The position numbers were made by a program, and so were the translations under genes. From the IMG/VR virus record IMGVR_UViG_3300018012_000099: DNA of 64,000 bases. One strand, 5' to 3'. Below the pieces are notes generated by a model, which was not told the DNA's origin, ran no database searches, and was given only the letters and a program-made list of their open reading frames with translations. Each line of letters begins with the position of its first letter. Position 1 is the stretch's first letter. The DNA comes from a virus. Lineage: Duplodnaviria > Caudoviricetes. Shown piece by piece: positions 30,701 through 39,741 of the stretch.

Positions 30701-31361
30701 ATCCTTGATTAACGGTTGGACGCATGGACAGACCAGTGGTGGTATTGCCATGTGAGCCACTCAGAGGATTGTATGGAGATGCCGAAACAATAGCTAAATC
30801 TCTAATAACAATTCCCTGGACAACAGTGGAGCCAGAAGAACCATTTTCTCCTACGGTAAACGCATTGCCGGTAGTTAGGGTGCTGTAGAGAAAGGATCCG
30901 TGATTATCAGCCAGCACCGTTGGATCGTTACTAGCCCAACCATCACCTTTGATAATGCAGGCAGCCAAGCCAAAATCTACCTGACTGGTACATTTGTAAG
31001 AGCCGGCTGGAAAATAAACCACACCACCATTTGCGGCATCTTTAGCAGTAACGGCGGCTAGCACGGCGGCGGTGTCGTCGGCAATACCATCACCTATGGC
31101 TCCAAAGCTTCTAACATTGAAATTAATGTTACCACCCAAATTAGCTACGTTCCAGGTCACTAAATCACTGGCTAGCTGATAGAAAGTAGTATCAGCCGTG
31201 ACATAGACAAGCATTCCTACTTTTCTATTCTGAGATGGAATGGCATCCATAGCCGCCACGGACGATTGGACTTGAAACCCACCCGCTACGTTAATATCTG
31301 TAACAACTGGAAACGCCCCGCCATTTTTGGGAACAATGGTATCGATAACATTAACTGGCAT
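27744..31361 (-). CDS. Tailspike/depolymerase with two pectate-lyase-like beta-helix modules
   Basis: Two beta-helix entry motifs, NVRSFGAIGDGIADDT and NVKDPQYGAVGDGVTDDT; a CBM-like insert (WQPG..Y..GGT..DGGVTW). Confidence 0.75.
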   Translation of the reverse strand: MPVNVIDTIVPKNGGAFPVVTDINVAGGFQVQSSVAAMDAIPSQNRKVGMLVYVTADTTFYQLASDLVTWNVANLGGNINFNVRSFGAIGDGIADDTAAVLAAVTAKDAANGGVVYFPAGSYKCTSQVDFGLAACIIKGDGWASNDPTVLADNHGSFLYSTLTTGNAFTVGENGSSGSTVVQGIVIRDLAIVSASPYNPLSGSHGNTTTGLSMRPTVNQGFTLSNVENVWLEGFFVGLNPGDGEECVYRDIYATSNGTGILINGTVNSFSFNNNFFYNVNCQNNNIGMDIQVGANLSFFGGIAQGNYQIGMRIKPRLQLSGINAVETINIDGWWFEGNNGGVNGSSLGDIVFDVTTETPTQPTAINQVTFNNCHCGSSGPLQYLRSTPQSASTYVTTNFTTCLMVGVTLDLPSYSHNCLVYASGFTSITDPGTNNVIFDSGNFGSASGYARLGTVTNVHTVINVKDPQYGAVGDGVTDDTAAINAAIAASITQNTALATDPPTLFFPMGTYLISSTIVVDSGGPGSGHTNYFVWQGEMGGHGAYPGTTIRWNGAQYGTMFSISNARSVRISGINFDGGANAAICVNLRAFSTGTKWTNCAFINTISVPVWQPGAPYPQNTYVIASDSGFFQDNGHLYKATTGGTSGASAPVFPQTAGGTVTDGGVTWTEEGPSPACFAAGDLTGAFVGAQVDTSNFRDCYFQGAGFAVTSYGTSPPAVTFTGVGNTSAANNIGIIITFGGTLGVAQFTWTLNSVVQQTGQSTAASFVLGSTGLTAHFAAGTYSTTNFYVAGISTYAGWRCLSGANVKQFGFDGCIFISLGTGLDAIYGSDCFTLNACTAADNQCDLRCAGTAMVVNGFESEGSGYLLQGNIGTAAAAQCSFIACTWSGNTPNRGDFTNYGTGDAFIRFGGSMSFEGCEWLDSTNNFPLVIAAGANTGATSEAGSLRSRGTTYIFNSSYTGELFFPVFDSNTNAYISGTKQYYSGYGGGGLQFRVSSDGDFFVPSEGGTNVPIQRFDGQDLHIARQVLPAQPGASLASGVLTPTLGSMVGACAKFTIPFTAVHTGGLTNTLALSYPWNKTRIKAVYVNINTTFSGGSIATCTVEVGKQVPVSGSAVTNSYILATDVKSAVTTTTPIGASSGDLGADLATTVQGAALVWGTTDGNPTTTEQWVLSATFRSTVANLSALTQGNLDIYVMFEVLPGFNP

Positions 31362-31390
31362 AATAATTCCTCGAGAGTAAACTGCTATTG

Positions 31391-31406
31391 ATATACAAAG
31401 TTATTG
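31391..31406 (-). promoter_or_regulatory. Putative late-promoter motif
   Basis: Minus strand CAATA-acttt-GTATAT, upstream of the tailspike gene. Confidence 0.4.
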
Positions 31407-31409
31407 ACA

Positions 31410-32387
31410 TCAAAATACACTAACCATAGTGATGCCCAAATTAACCTGGGAACTTTGATACAAGGTATAATTTTCTGTAAATCCGTGAGCATTGGTCACT
31501 GCTATGGTGGTAGATACTAAATTAAAACCACCCTCAAATCCATCTGTCCAAAAATCAGCGGTTCCATAAGCAGAACGATAAGCAAAATAAATAGCTTGTC
31601 CTGCACCGGCATTAATGGTGAAACTGGTTACTTTGGTAGTACTCAAAGGATTATTAGCTAAAGCTTGTATAAAGGCGGCCGTATTGCCTCCCGGAGCTCC
31701 CACACCATAGTATAATCTCTGTGTCCAAGTAGTAGTGGTAGTTGCGGTCGTAGTTGAAATACCATCACTAGAAGTAAGTGTGAAAGTTACAGAAAATGGA
31801 ACGACCGGATAAGAATTGAATTCATAACTTTCGTTGTAAGCAAAAATATCCGGAGGAATGGAAGGCGGTGGTGCAGTAAAGACATCTTGCGTGGGGCTGC
31901 CCACACTATCTGAAATAGTGGCAGTCACTGGCGTTTGGCTGTAGGTAGCATTAAAAATAGGATTAACTAGGGCTTGGCTTATTTCTACAAATGTAGAGGG
32001 TCCGGATAAAGTAATAGTATACCCTACATTTTGTGGAAACTCCGGAAGCCAAGCTACCCCATTCCAAGTCATTACCTGCCCAGTATCGGGCGCGACTGGG
32101 GAAATGGGTCTTCCCTGCAATCCTACTACCAGAGGATGTACAGAATTTCCTCCCAAATCTCCTGTCAAGGTAATTACTTCTAAATTGTTAATTGTATTTT
32201 CTATAGCATTTAATCTGTTACCAACAGTTCCATAAAAACTAGCTGGATTGACACCTAGTGTTCTTTCAATAGCTAATATTGCATCTCTTAATTGATTAAT
32301 AAAAACGCCAGATATTGGAGTGAAATTGTCTACTACAGTTGGCAAACTGTTAGTATTATCAATGCTAGCGGGATAGGTGGTTGACAT
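31410..32387 (-). CDS. Putative virion structural/fibre-anchor protein
   Basis: MSTTYPASIDNTNSLP and LTGDLGG motifs shared with 21326 and 25600; ACGAGG SD. Confidence 0.6.
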   Translation of the reverse strand: MSTTYPASIDNTNSLPTVVDNFTPISGVFINQLRDAILAIERTLGVNPASFYGTVGNRLNAIENTINNLEVITLTGDLGGNSVHPLVVGLQGRPISPVAPDTGQVMTWNGVAWLPEFPQNVGYTITLSGPSTFVEISQALVNPIFNATYSQTPVTATISDSVGSPTQDVFTAPPPSIPPDIFAYNESYEFNSYPVVPFSVTFTLTSSDGISTTTATTTTTWTQRLYYGVGAPGGNTAAFIQALANNPLSTTKVTSFTINAGAGQAIYFAYRSAYGTADFWTDGFEGGFNLVSTTIAVTNAHGFTENYTLYQSSQVNLGITMVSVF

Positions 32388-32508
32388 AAATCCTCGTTAA
32401 AATACCAGATATTTAGTAGGCATTTATTTGTTTGTGTGAAACGGGGCGTAGTCTAACACAATATTAGGATTTATGACCGATATATAATAATGTATCATCG
32501 GAGGTTTC

Positions 32509-33012
32509 ATGGCTTACAAAGACAAAGAAAAACAAAAAGAGTATCATAAAAAATATCAAAAAATACATCGACAACAAAATAATATTGCCGTCCGCAAGTA
32601 CAGGAGCAAAAATAGAGAAAAGATAAAAGCGTATGACAAAGAATATTGTGCTCGCGGTGAAGTAAAATTACAACGCAGAGCCTATAGAATGACACCACGT
32701 GGCAGATATGCTACATTAATAAGTGCGGCAAAACAACGTCAAATCAATTGCGACATTACATTTGAACAATATTGCGACCTGATCAAAAACCAATGTCACT
32801 ACTGTAAAGGGGTTTTTAGAAAAATAGAGGATCATGAAGGTTATTTTCTCGATCGTATCAACAATGATATCGGTTATGTGTTAGAGAATTGTATAACCTG
32901 CTGTTTCATTTGTAATAAAATAAAAGGTGATAGTTTCACATATGAAGAAACGAAGGCGGCTGTCGATGCTATTTTAATGTATAGGAGCAAAAAATGTCAT
33001 TTGATAATTTGA
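32509..33012 (+). CDS. HNH-type endonuclease (LDR group)
   Basis: CHYC..LDRINNDIGYVLENCITCCFICNKIKG. Confidence 0.8.
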   Translation: MAYKDKEKQKEYHKKYQKIHRQQNNIAVRKYRSKNREKIKAYDKEYCARGEVKLQRRAYRMTPRGRYATLISAAKQRQINCDITFEQYCDLIKNQCHYCKGVFRKIEDHEGYFLDRINNDIGYVLENCITCCFICNKIKGDSFTYEETKAAVDAILMYRSKKCHLII

Positions 33013-33650
33013 TAAGCGGAGCTAAAACATATTTCCCAGAATTGCAGGTTAAATATAAAGACAGCAGTCTGCTTATGAAAATAATTGGAACAATAATGTT
33101 TTTTAGTCCTTCATTCATGTCAAATTACATCACTACTATTGGCAATACTATCTATATTCCTAATCAGAATTACATCACCTCACGCCCCGTCTCTGCTGCT
33201 GTTGTTTTTATGCATGAGGTAGTTCATCTCTATGATCATAGAAGGTTGGGCACTTTTTGGTTCCAATTATCTTATGTTATGCCACAGATTTTTGCGTTGC
33301 CCGCCTTGCTACTTTTTTTACTGAGTTGGAAAATTGCGTTACCCGTCGTATTATTCTTTTTACTTCCACTACCATCCTATTTTAGAATGAAGTACGAAAG
33401 AAGAGCTTACTACGCCTCTATCTATATTATTCAAAAACTGAGCGAAAAACTCAACTTCGATCCTCATTTAGAAAGTCAAAATACTTATTTTGTAGAATGC
33501 TTTGCGGATTCTACCTATTATTTTATGTGGCCATTTAGTAGTATCATAGCCGATGACTTTACTACTGCCAGGCAGCTAGTACAAGCCGGTAAGCGCCCAT
33601 ACGAGGACCCAGTCTTTGACATATTGGATGATTTAGTCACCAAAGTGTAA
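32994..33650 (+). CDS. Membrane-associated zincin-like (HExxH) protein
   Basis: FMHEVVH, hydrophobic span, YERRAY. Confidence 0.6.
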   Translation: MSFDNLISGAKTYFPELQVKYKDSSLLMKIIGTIMFFSPSFMSNYITTIGNTIYIPNQNYITSRPVSAAVVFMHEVVHLYDHRRLGTFWFQLSYVMPQIFALPALLLFLLSWKIALPVVLFFLLPLPSYFRMKYERRAYYASIYIIQKLSEKLNFDPHLESQNTYFVECFADSTYYFMWPFSSIIADDFTTARQLVQAGKRPYEDPVFDILDDLVTKV

Positions 33651-33655
33651 TGCCC

Positions 33656-33664
33656 TGATATAAT
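33656..33664 (+). promoter_or_regulatory. Extended -10 promoter, probably leaderless
   Basis: TGATATAAT ends 8 nt before the ATG at 33673. Confidence 0.5.
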
Positions 33665-33672
33665 TAAGATGC

Positions 33673-34884
33673 ATGAACCACTATGATGTTGGAATAATAG
33701 GAGCCGGCATTGCGGGCGCCTTTGCTACTTTAAAATTGGCTAAAGATCACAAAAATACCAAAGTAATTTTATTTGATATTGGTCGACCACCGCAGAAACG
33801 CAGGCGTCAACTTGAGGGCTGGCTGGGCTGCCTTCCTAACAGTGATGGCAAATTGTATTTAAGCGATTTGAACAAAATCATTGATGTGACAGGTCTCCGA
33901 AAGGCTAAAACTGCTTATAATTGGTTGGATAAATATTTATCTAATGTAAATACTTTCAAGATAATTGCGGATAGGCCCATTTCCTCCAGTTTAGACAAGA
34001 AATTTAAGAAGTGCGGATATGAAGTTTCTCTAAATAATTACATTCAAGTTTACCCGAAAGATATTCATACTCTGTCTAAATTAATGGCGGAAACCGTTGA
34101 AACCAATAAAAATATTACTTTTAAATTTGATAGCGAAGTGATGCGTGTTCACAAACAAAAGAATATGTTTATAGTAGCGACGGAAGATCAGGAATATCGT
34201 TGTAAAAAACTTATTATCGCCGTAGGTCGTAGTGGGTGGCGTTGGGCTAGTCAGCTGTTTGCACATTTTGATATCGTGGAAAATAACGATGTGGCTCGTT
34301 TCGGTATTCGCATCGAAACCAATTCAGCTAATATGAAAGAGTTTAATCGTTCTAACTGTACTATTGTTAAGGGAAGTGAGCTAGAGTTAGGACCATTCTC
34401 TTGGTATGGTACAGTTATTCCTGAAGACCATTTAGATATGGCTATTTCGGCTTTTCGTTCTAATGAGAACAGATGGAAAAGTGATAAAGTATCTTTTAAC
34501 TTAATTGGCAATAGAATATTTCCAGGCACTGGATTTGAGCAAACTAATCGAATTGGTGGATTGTCTTTTGTTCTATCTAATGATCGAATTATTAAAGAGC
34601 GTGTGTCAACCATTATGACTGGCAAGAGTAAAATATCCCCGATCCATGAATATGATTGGTTAAAGGAAACTTTGAACGAATTAGGCACCATCATTCCCGA
34701 AATTACTACTAAAGCTTATTTTCACGTGCCCACTATCTTACCAATGGCTCCCAAAATTAATATTGGTAATAATTTAGCGTCGGAGATAGAAGGCATGTTT
34801 GTTGTTGGAGAATCAGCCGGCATTTCTGGCATACTTGCTGCCGCTACCATGGGAATAATTGCTGGAGACAGCGTTTGTAAATAA
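33673..34884 (+). CDS. FAD/NAD-binding oxidoreductase-like protein
   Basis: DVGIIGAGIAG Rossmann motif, LIIAVGRSG, GMFVVGESAG..GILAA. Confidence 0.7.
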   Translation: MNHYDVGIIGAGIAGAFATLKLAKDHKNTKVILFDIGRPPQKRRRQLEGWLGCLPNSDGKLYLSDLNKIIDVTGLRKAKTAYNWLDKYLSNVNTFKIIADRPISSSLDKKFKKCGYEVSLNNYIQVYPKDIHTLSKLMAETVETNKNITFKFDSEVMRVHKQKNMFIVATEDQEYRCKKLIIAVGRSGWRWASQLFAHFDIVENNDVARFGIRIETNSANMKEFNRSNCTIVKGSELELGPFSWYGTVIPEDHLDMAISAFRSNENRWKSDKVSFNLIGNRIFPGTGFEQTNRIGGLSFVLSNDRIIKERVSTIMTGKSKISPIHEYDWLKETLNELGTIIPEITTKAYFHVPTILPMAPKINIGNNLASEIEGMFVVGESAGISGILAAATMGIIAGDSVCK

Positions 34885-34897
34885 TATTGAGAATATC

Positions 34898-35353
34898 ATG
34901 TCTAACAAGCCAAATAATACAGAGACCACGTCCAATATTCCAACCTTATCAGAAGAGGGCAAGGATCGGAATCAACATTATAACTTGAGCAAATTCGAAT
35001 ATGATTTGTACCATGAAGAAGACGATATAGCAGAAAAAGTTATTCGAGTTAAACGTGTATCGCTGCCCAATAAAGGTGAACGTTGGAAAGTATTTAGTGA
35101 TAACAAAATAATATTTACAATAGAAGGAAATAAGCTATCAAAAAAGGAAAAAGAGTTCTTACAGACGATTGACGGTGTCAATTTTATATTGACGCATGCT
35201 AAGTCCGGTTTTACCTCTTTTAATAAGTTTCGTGTGGAATTGAAAAATAAAGTTGATAACAAATTATCAGACAAGGTAACAAGTACAGCGGTACAAAAAC
35301 CAGTTAAACGTACCAAAAAACCAAGAAAAAGTGCTAGCAAAACAAATAAATAA
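34898..35353 (+). CDS. Hypothetical protein with basic C-terminal tail
   Basis: ORF with a Lys-rich end. Confidence 0.55.
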   Translation: MSNKPNNTETTSNIPTLSEEGKDRNQHYNLSKFEYDLYHEEDDIAEKVIRVKRVSLPNKGERWKVFSDNKIIFTIEGNKLSKKEKEFLQTIDGVNFILTHAKSGFTSFNKFRVELKNKVDNKLSDKVTSTAVQKPVKRTKKPRKSASKTNK

Positions 35354-35421
35354 TACAGACACTTGATGCTCTGACGGCTGATGCTTAACTTGTAGATACG
35401 TACGGCGCCTAGGAGTATTTT

Positions 35422-36024
35422 ATGAATTTTTCTTTTTATGTGATCGATATCGAAACCACCGGATTGGACTCGCATCGGCATGACGTGATTGAGTTGTCCA
35501 TTCATCGTCTAGGTATGGAAGGCGAAGAAGCACAGAAAACATGGTGTCTCAAACCGCTCACGCCCGACACCATGGATCCGGTAGCTTTGCGAATTAATGG
35601 TCATAAGGCTGACGATCTATTGCATCGCACCAAGGAAGGTCGCGAGCGTTATCAAGAAGCTGCCCAAGTTATTATTGAAGTGGAAAACTGGCTAGCAGAA
35701 GATGGCATGCCAGCCGAAAAGAGATTTCTAATTGGTCAGAACGTCGCTTTCGATCGTGAACGTTTGGAACAACTATGGGTTAAATTAAACTCTAGAGACA
35801 GTTTTCCTTTTGGTCGTCGCTATATGGACACCATGGTCGTTGAACTGTTCCTAGATTACTGTAAGGGTCAATTTGCTGACGCCTATAATCTTGGCACTCT
35901 GGTCAAGAAGTATGGCATTACTAATAGCAAAGCACATACGGCAGCCGCAGACACTCTGGCAACAAAACAAGTATTTGAGAAACAGGTAGAGTTTTTCAAA
36001 AAGATTCTACTAAAAAGTGAATAA
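35422..36024 (+). CDS. DEDDh 3'-5' exonuclease (DnaQ/RNase T-like)
   Basis: VIDIETTGL, IGQNVAFD, AHTAAADT. Confidence 0.88.
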   Translation: MNFSFYVIDIETTGLDSHRHDVIELSIHRLGMEGEEAQKTWCLKPLTPDTMDPVALRINGHKADDLLHRTKEGRERYQEAAQVIIEVENWLAEDGMPAEKRFLIGQNVAFDRERLEQLWVKLNSRDSFPFGRRYMDTMVVELFLDYCKGQFADAYNLGTLVKKYGITNSKAHTAAADTLATKQVFEKQVEFFKKILLKSE

Positions 36025-36746
36025 TGAAGATTTGTACGAAATGTGGTCTTGAAAAAGATGATAGTGATTTTCCTCTTAGAAATAAAGATAAGAGGACCCG
36101 CCGTAATGAATGTAGACAGTGTACCAAAAAATATAGAGAAAATTATTACGAACAAAATAAGCAAGTTCTGTTGGAAGGCGCCAAACAATATTACGCTGAC
36201 AACAGGGATAAAATTATAAAAGATGTTAAAAATTATCGTGAAGAAAATAAAGACGCTATCGGTGAATACAAAAAAGAATATTATCAAGAAAATAAAGATC
36301 GAATAAAAGAATACCAAATTGTTAACAAAGATAAAATACAAAAATCTGCAAATGAACAAAGAAAAGAACGCAGAAAGAACGATCCCTCATTTAAAATGAG
36401 AACATATGTATCTAATTCTATCCGTGATGTTTTAAAAGGTAGAAAAAATAGTGGTACCTGGAAAAATCTTCACTATACCCCACAACAATTAAAAGAACAT
36501 CTCGAACGACAGTTTGAACCATGGATGACCTGGCAAAATCACGGTAAATTTGATCCGACAACTTGGAATGATAATGATTCGAGGACTTGGACTTGGCAAA
36601 TTGACCATATCATTCCTCAATCGGATCTTCCATATACATCAATGGAAGACGATAATTTTAAGAAATGCTGGGCATTAGAAAATCTCAGACCGCTATCTGC
36701 TAAACAAAATGTGGTAGAAGGTGCTGATAGGATAAGGCACAAATGA
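36024..36746 (+). CDS. HNH-type homing endonuclease (CWALxNLRP group)
   Basis: CTKC..CRQC, WQIDHIIPQS..CWALENLRP. Confidence 0.8.
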   Translation: MKICTKCGLEKDDSDFPLRNKDKRTRRNECRQCTKKYRENYYEQNKQVLLEGAKQYYADNRDKIIKDVKNYREENKDAIGEYKKEYYQENKDRIKEYQIVNKDKIQKSANEQRKERRKNDPSFKMRTYVSNSIRDVLKGRKNSGTWKNLHYTPQQLKEHLERQFEPWMTWQNHGKFDPTTWNDNDSRTWTWQIDHIIPQSDLPYTSMEDDNFKKCWALENLRPLSAKQNVVEGADRIRHK

Positions 36747-37098
36747 TTTCAATTACAGATATGCACGGAACTATTCATAACTCTTGCCCCAGATGTGGCG
36801 GGAATTGGAGAAGAACTGTTGATGGTTATAGTTGTATAAATAATGAAAATTCCTTCGAAGCAAAAAACATTGTATGGCTGCATTAACTGGTGTTGATCTT
36901 CCTATGAATCATTATATGTTGATTTCACTTCTGAAATGTGATGAAAATTTCTATATGATCTCATGGGAAGCTGAAAAGTGTGTGGTAGTTAAGCGCAAAA
37001 ATGGAATATGGGACACTGAGGGGCAAGTAGAATTACCGCTAATAATTCCATTTACGATGGATTGTAAAAAGCTCAAGACGTATATCCTGTTTTCCTAA
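36743..37098 (+). CDS. Zn-ribbon/C-terminal-motif family member split by a -1 frameshift at A_AAA_AAC (36862-36868)
   Basis: Frame 0 (36743-36886) encodes CPRC; the -1 frame ends KLKTYILFS; fusion gives about 118 aa, like other members. Confidence 0.65.
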
Positions 37099-37099
37099 A

Positions 37100-38077
37100 A
37101 TGAAGATACTCTACGCAGCTTCTAACAATCAGAATGCCAAGATCCAACTGGTTCGCTTTCTAAAAGCGATGGAAGGATCTACCCATCAGATTAAAGTGGC
37201 TGCTTATAAACGATCCAGTCCTAGAGATGTGAACGTAGATTGGACTCTTGATTGTTTGCTTAATATTTACAAGCCCGAAGTACTTAGTTTAGATAATGAT
37301 AACCTGAAAATCTATTTTGACCAGGTCAAGTATTATGCCCCCGATCTTATCATCAGTGATTTAGAATATTTTACTAGTTACATCGCTAGCGTACTCAATA
37401 TTACTATCTGGCAATGCAGTTCCTCCTTAATCAATTATGCTTTAACCAAGACAGAGAAGTATAATATGGGAGCCTTTAAATACTACGCTCATTCCATGAG
37501 TCGTGAAATCAAGAATAGTCAACGAACTCTCAATTTATTGGATAATTCTAATGGTAACTTTGTCTATTCCCATTTTGGCGACGTAGCCGACCCGCCACAG
37601 TTATCCAACGGTTTTGAGTGGGTGCGCCCCTACCATCAGGTGGGAAAATCTACTATTCCTTGCCAACATTTTGTGGTAGCTGGGCTCGCCTCTAACAATA
37701 AACAGTTATTAGGCACACTTGGACGTAACCCCGATAGCGTGGCTTTTTTGGACAGTTGTGCAGAGACTTATCGAAACCTTCAGGTCAAGGATATAAAGAA
37801 CCAGGAAGAGTACTTTTGCAACCTCAAAAATTCAGCGATTTTTGTGTGTCAGGGGCAAACCAGTTTTCTAGCAGATGCGTTCTATAATGGTAAATATTCC
37901 TGGATTTATCCAGATTATCAAGATTCTGAAACTTTACTCAATAGTTGTGTGTCTCAGCATTTAGAACTAGGTCGCATTACTAATTTGTATGATGAATTTG
38001 AGAGCCGTATGTATATAGTTTCTCCGCAATACAATGCATCTATTAAATATTTGCATGAGAGGATCGAAGAATTATGA
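37100..38077 (+). CDS. Glycosyltransferase-like protein (GT-B, MJ1255-like), possibly degenerate
   Basis: MKILYAAS, LIISDLE, FVCQGQTSFLADAFYNGK. Confidence 0.55.
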   Translation: MKILYAASNNQNAKIQLVRFLKAMEGSTHQIKVAAYKRSSPRDVNVDWTLDCLLNIYKPEVLSLDNDNLKIYFDQVKYYAPDLIISDLEYFTSYIASVLNITIWQCSSSLINYALTKTEKYNMGAFKYYAHSMSREIKNSQRTLNLLDNSNGNFVYSHFGDVADPPQLSNGFEWVRPYHQVGKSTIPCQHFVVAGLASNNKQLLGTLGRNPDSVAFLDSCAETYRNLQVKDIKNQEEYFCNLKNSAIFVCQGQTSFLADAFYNGKYSWIYPDYQDSETLLNSCVSQHLELGRITNLYDEFESRMYIVSPQYNASIKYLHERIEEL

Positions 38078-38080
38078 ATT

Positions 38081-38707
38081 ATGAATTATGTTGCGTTAGA
38101 TGTAGGTAATGTACTGGTGCACGTAGACTTCTCAATTTTTGTGCGAGAATTATCTAGGCAACTTAACATTACTCTGGAAGAGGCTGAATACTTTATGAAT
38201 CGTACTCATGCTTTACATGATATGGGATTAACTAGGATGGAAGATGAATTGAGAGACCATTTTAAAATCAAATCTCCACTTATTATGATAGATTTGTTGA
38301 AGTCTTGGGATAGCGTTATCGATCCTAATTTTGTTATCATGGAAAAGTTGTTAGTAATGTCAGAGAAGCACAATATGCAAATTGCACTTCTCTCCAATGT
38401 AGGTTTAGAACATGCTGTACAAATGAAGAAGATATTAAGGTGGGGCGGCTTCTTTGACAAATCTGTTAAACATCTTAGTTGCTATGTGGGGGCTAGAAAA
38501 CCCACTAAGCTGTACTATCAAAGTTTTCTCTCTCAACATCCAGAATTCCAGGGTTGCGCTTATTTGGACGATTTACAAGAGAACCTGGATATGGGTGCCG
38601 AATTTGAATTTCGTCCATTTCGCTTTAGTTTGGCGGAGGAGCCTATTAAAAATTCAGTTCAAGACTTCAAGCTTCAAGAAATTGAGAGCTTTATTCTAGG
38701 AGCATAG
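38081..38707 (+). CDS. HAD-like phosphatase
   Basis: VALDVGNVL, LLSN, RKP, YLDD. Confidence 0.75.
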   Translation: MNYVALDVGNVLVHVDFSIFVRELSRQLNITLEEAEYFMNRTHALHDMGLTRMEDELRDHFKIKSPLIMIDLLKSWDSVIDPNFVIMEKLLVMSEKHNMQIALLSNVGLEHAVQMKKILRWGGFFDKSVKHLSCYVGARKPTKLYYQSFLSQHPEFQGCAYLDDLQENLDMGAEFEFRPFRFSLAEEPIKNSVQDFKLQEIESFILGA

Positions 38708-38767
38708 TAAAAATAGCTATCGGCACTGATATATTTATTCTGAGAGCCGAATATAAAGGATATAATT

Positions 38768-39265
38768 ATGACCGAGACAAAAAAGAATCCATTTCAGCAA
38801 CCAGGCAGAGTGAAAGTTATCCAAGGCAGTATTCTGGCTCCGGAGAACGCGGGCTTACGTTTCGTTCTCAACGTTCACAATATGAAGGGTCAAGCCGAAG
38901 GACCGCTCTACCCACTCTTTGAAAAGAAATGGAAGCAAGTCAAAGCAGATGTTAAGGGTTGGTACAACACTCGTACCGGACTAGGACATCACCCATATAA
39001 GTTGGGTTCTATCAATACTACAGCTACCCAGTCTGACACATGGGTTGTTCACTTGCTGTGCCAAGATGAAGAGTTGAACACTGACAGTGCCGCGCTATCT
39101 AACTGCCTTAAGGAAGTTTGTAAGATGGCTAAATATGAACGTGCCACTGTGCATGTCTCTACACTATTAACTGCTGTGGTTCCAGAATTGGTAGATGCTC
39201 TCAATACCGAATTAGTCGAACAGGGCATATCCGTATGCTTTTATGAAGAACCTGACATTCAATAA
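38768..39265 (+). CDS. Macrodomain-like protein (TARG1/DarG-like, divergent)
   Basis: VKVIQGSIL, FVLNVHN, VVHLLCQ, ALSNCLKEV, TVHV. Confidence 0.55.
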   Translation: MTETKKNPFQQPGRVKVIQGSILAPENAGLRFVLNVHNMKGQAEGPLYPLFEKKWKQVKADVKGWYNTRTGLGHHPYKLGSINTTATQSDTWVVHLLCQDEELNTDSAALSNCLKEVCKMAKYERATVHVSTLLTAVVPELVDALNTELVEQGISVCFYEEPDIQ

Positions 39266-39266
39266 A

Positions 39267-39470
39267 ATGACCGTCAGCGGACCTTTCAGCAAATCAATGC
39301 CGAATCCCACTTTCAAAATGCTCAACGATGATCCTATCTTTGACGCCATTTGGGAAGTGATCAAAGATTGGGATATTAACGTGCCAGAATACTACCACGG
39401 TTACTCTGGGGCGACGGGCAGCCACGTTACGTTGATCTATCAGGCTATTATGAAGGCGCCTCTAAAATAA
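39267..39470 (+). CDS. Small phage hypothetical protein
   Basis: DPIFDAIWEVIKDWDI..GATGSHV; coupled to neighbours. Confidence 0.55.
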   Translation: MTVSGPFSKSMPNPTFKMLNDDPIFDAIWEVIKDWDINVPEYYHGYSGATGSHVTLIYQAIMKAPLK

Positions 39471-39724
39471 TGATTTGGCTTTTACTATTAACCTTTATTT
39501 GCGGCGCCGCTTATGAGTGTGGCTGCGTCTTCTGGGTACATTATTCGGAAAAAGGCAATAGTAAATTATCCGCAGTATGGTCTATGTTTAACGCTTTAGT
39601 AACCTGTATTGGTTTGGGCGAGGCGTTACATCAACCCCTGTTTATTATCGTGTACATGCTTGGCTTTGGTGCCGGAACCTATCTGGCTGTTAGTATTAAA
39701 TCTTATTTACTCAATAAGGCGTGA
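39470..39724 (+). CDS. Small multi-pass membrane protein
   Basis: Three hydrophobic spans; GFGAGTY. Confidence 0.6.
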   Translation: MIWLLLLTFICGAAYECGCVFWVHYSEKGNSKLSAVWSMFNALVTCIGLGEALHQPLFIIVYMLGFGAGTYLAVSIKSYLLNKA

Positions 39725-39741
39725 TAATCTAGCATTTCTCT

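Noticed and set aside
32442-32457. tRNA-like 5' fragment CGGGGCGTAGTCTAAC
   Set aside because: It fits an acceptor strand plus U8-A9-G10, but there is no anticodon arm, TTC loop or complementary 3' strand downstream. At most a relic.
34978-36359. Long minus-strand ORFs (175 and 158 aa) and many other antisense ORFs in the track
   Set aside because: They shadow well-supported plus-strand genes, and their Phe/Leu/Ile bias mirrors Lys/Glu-rich sense codons.
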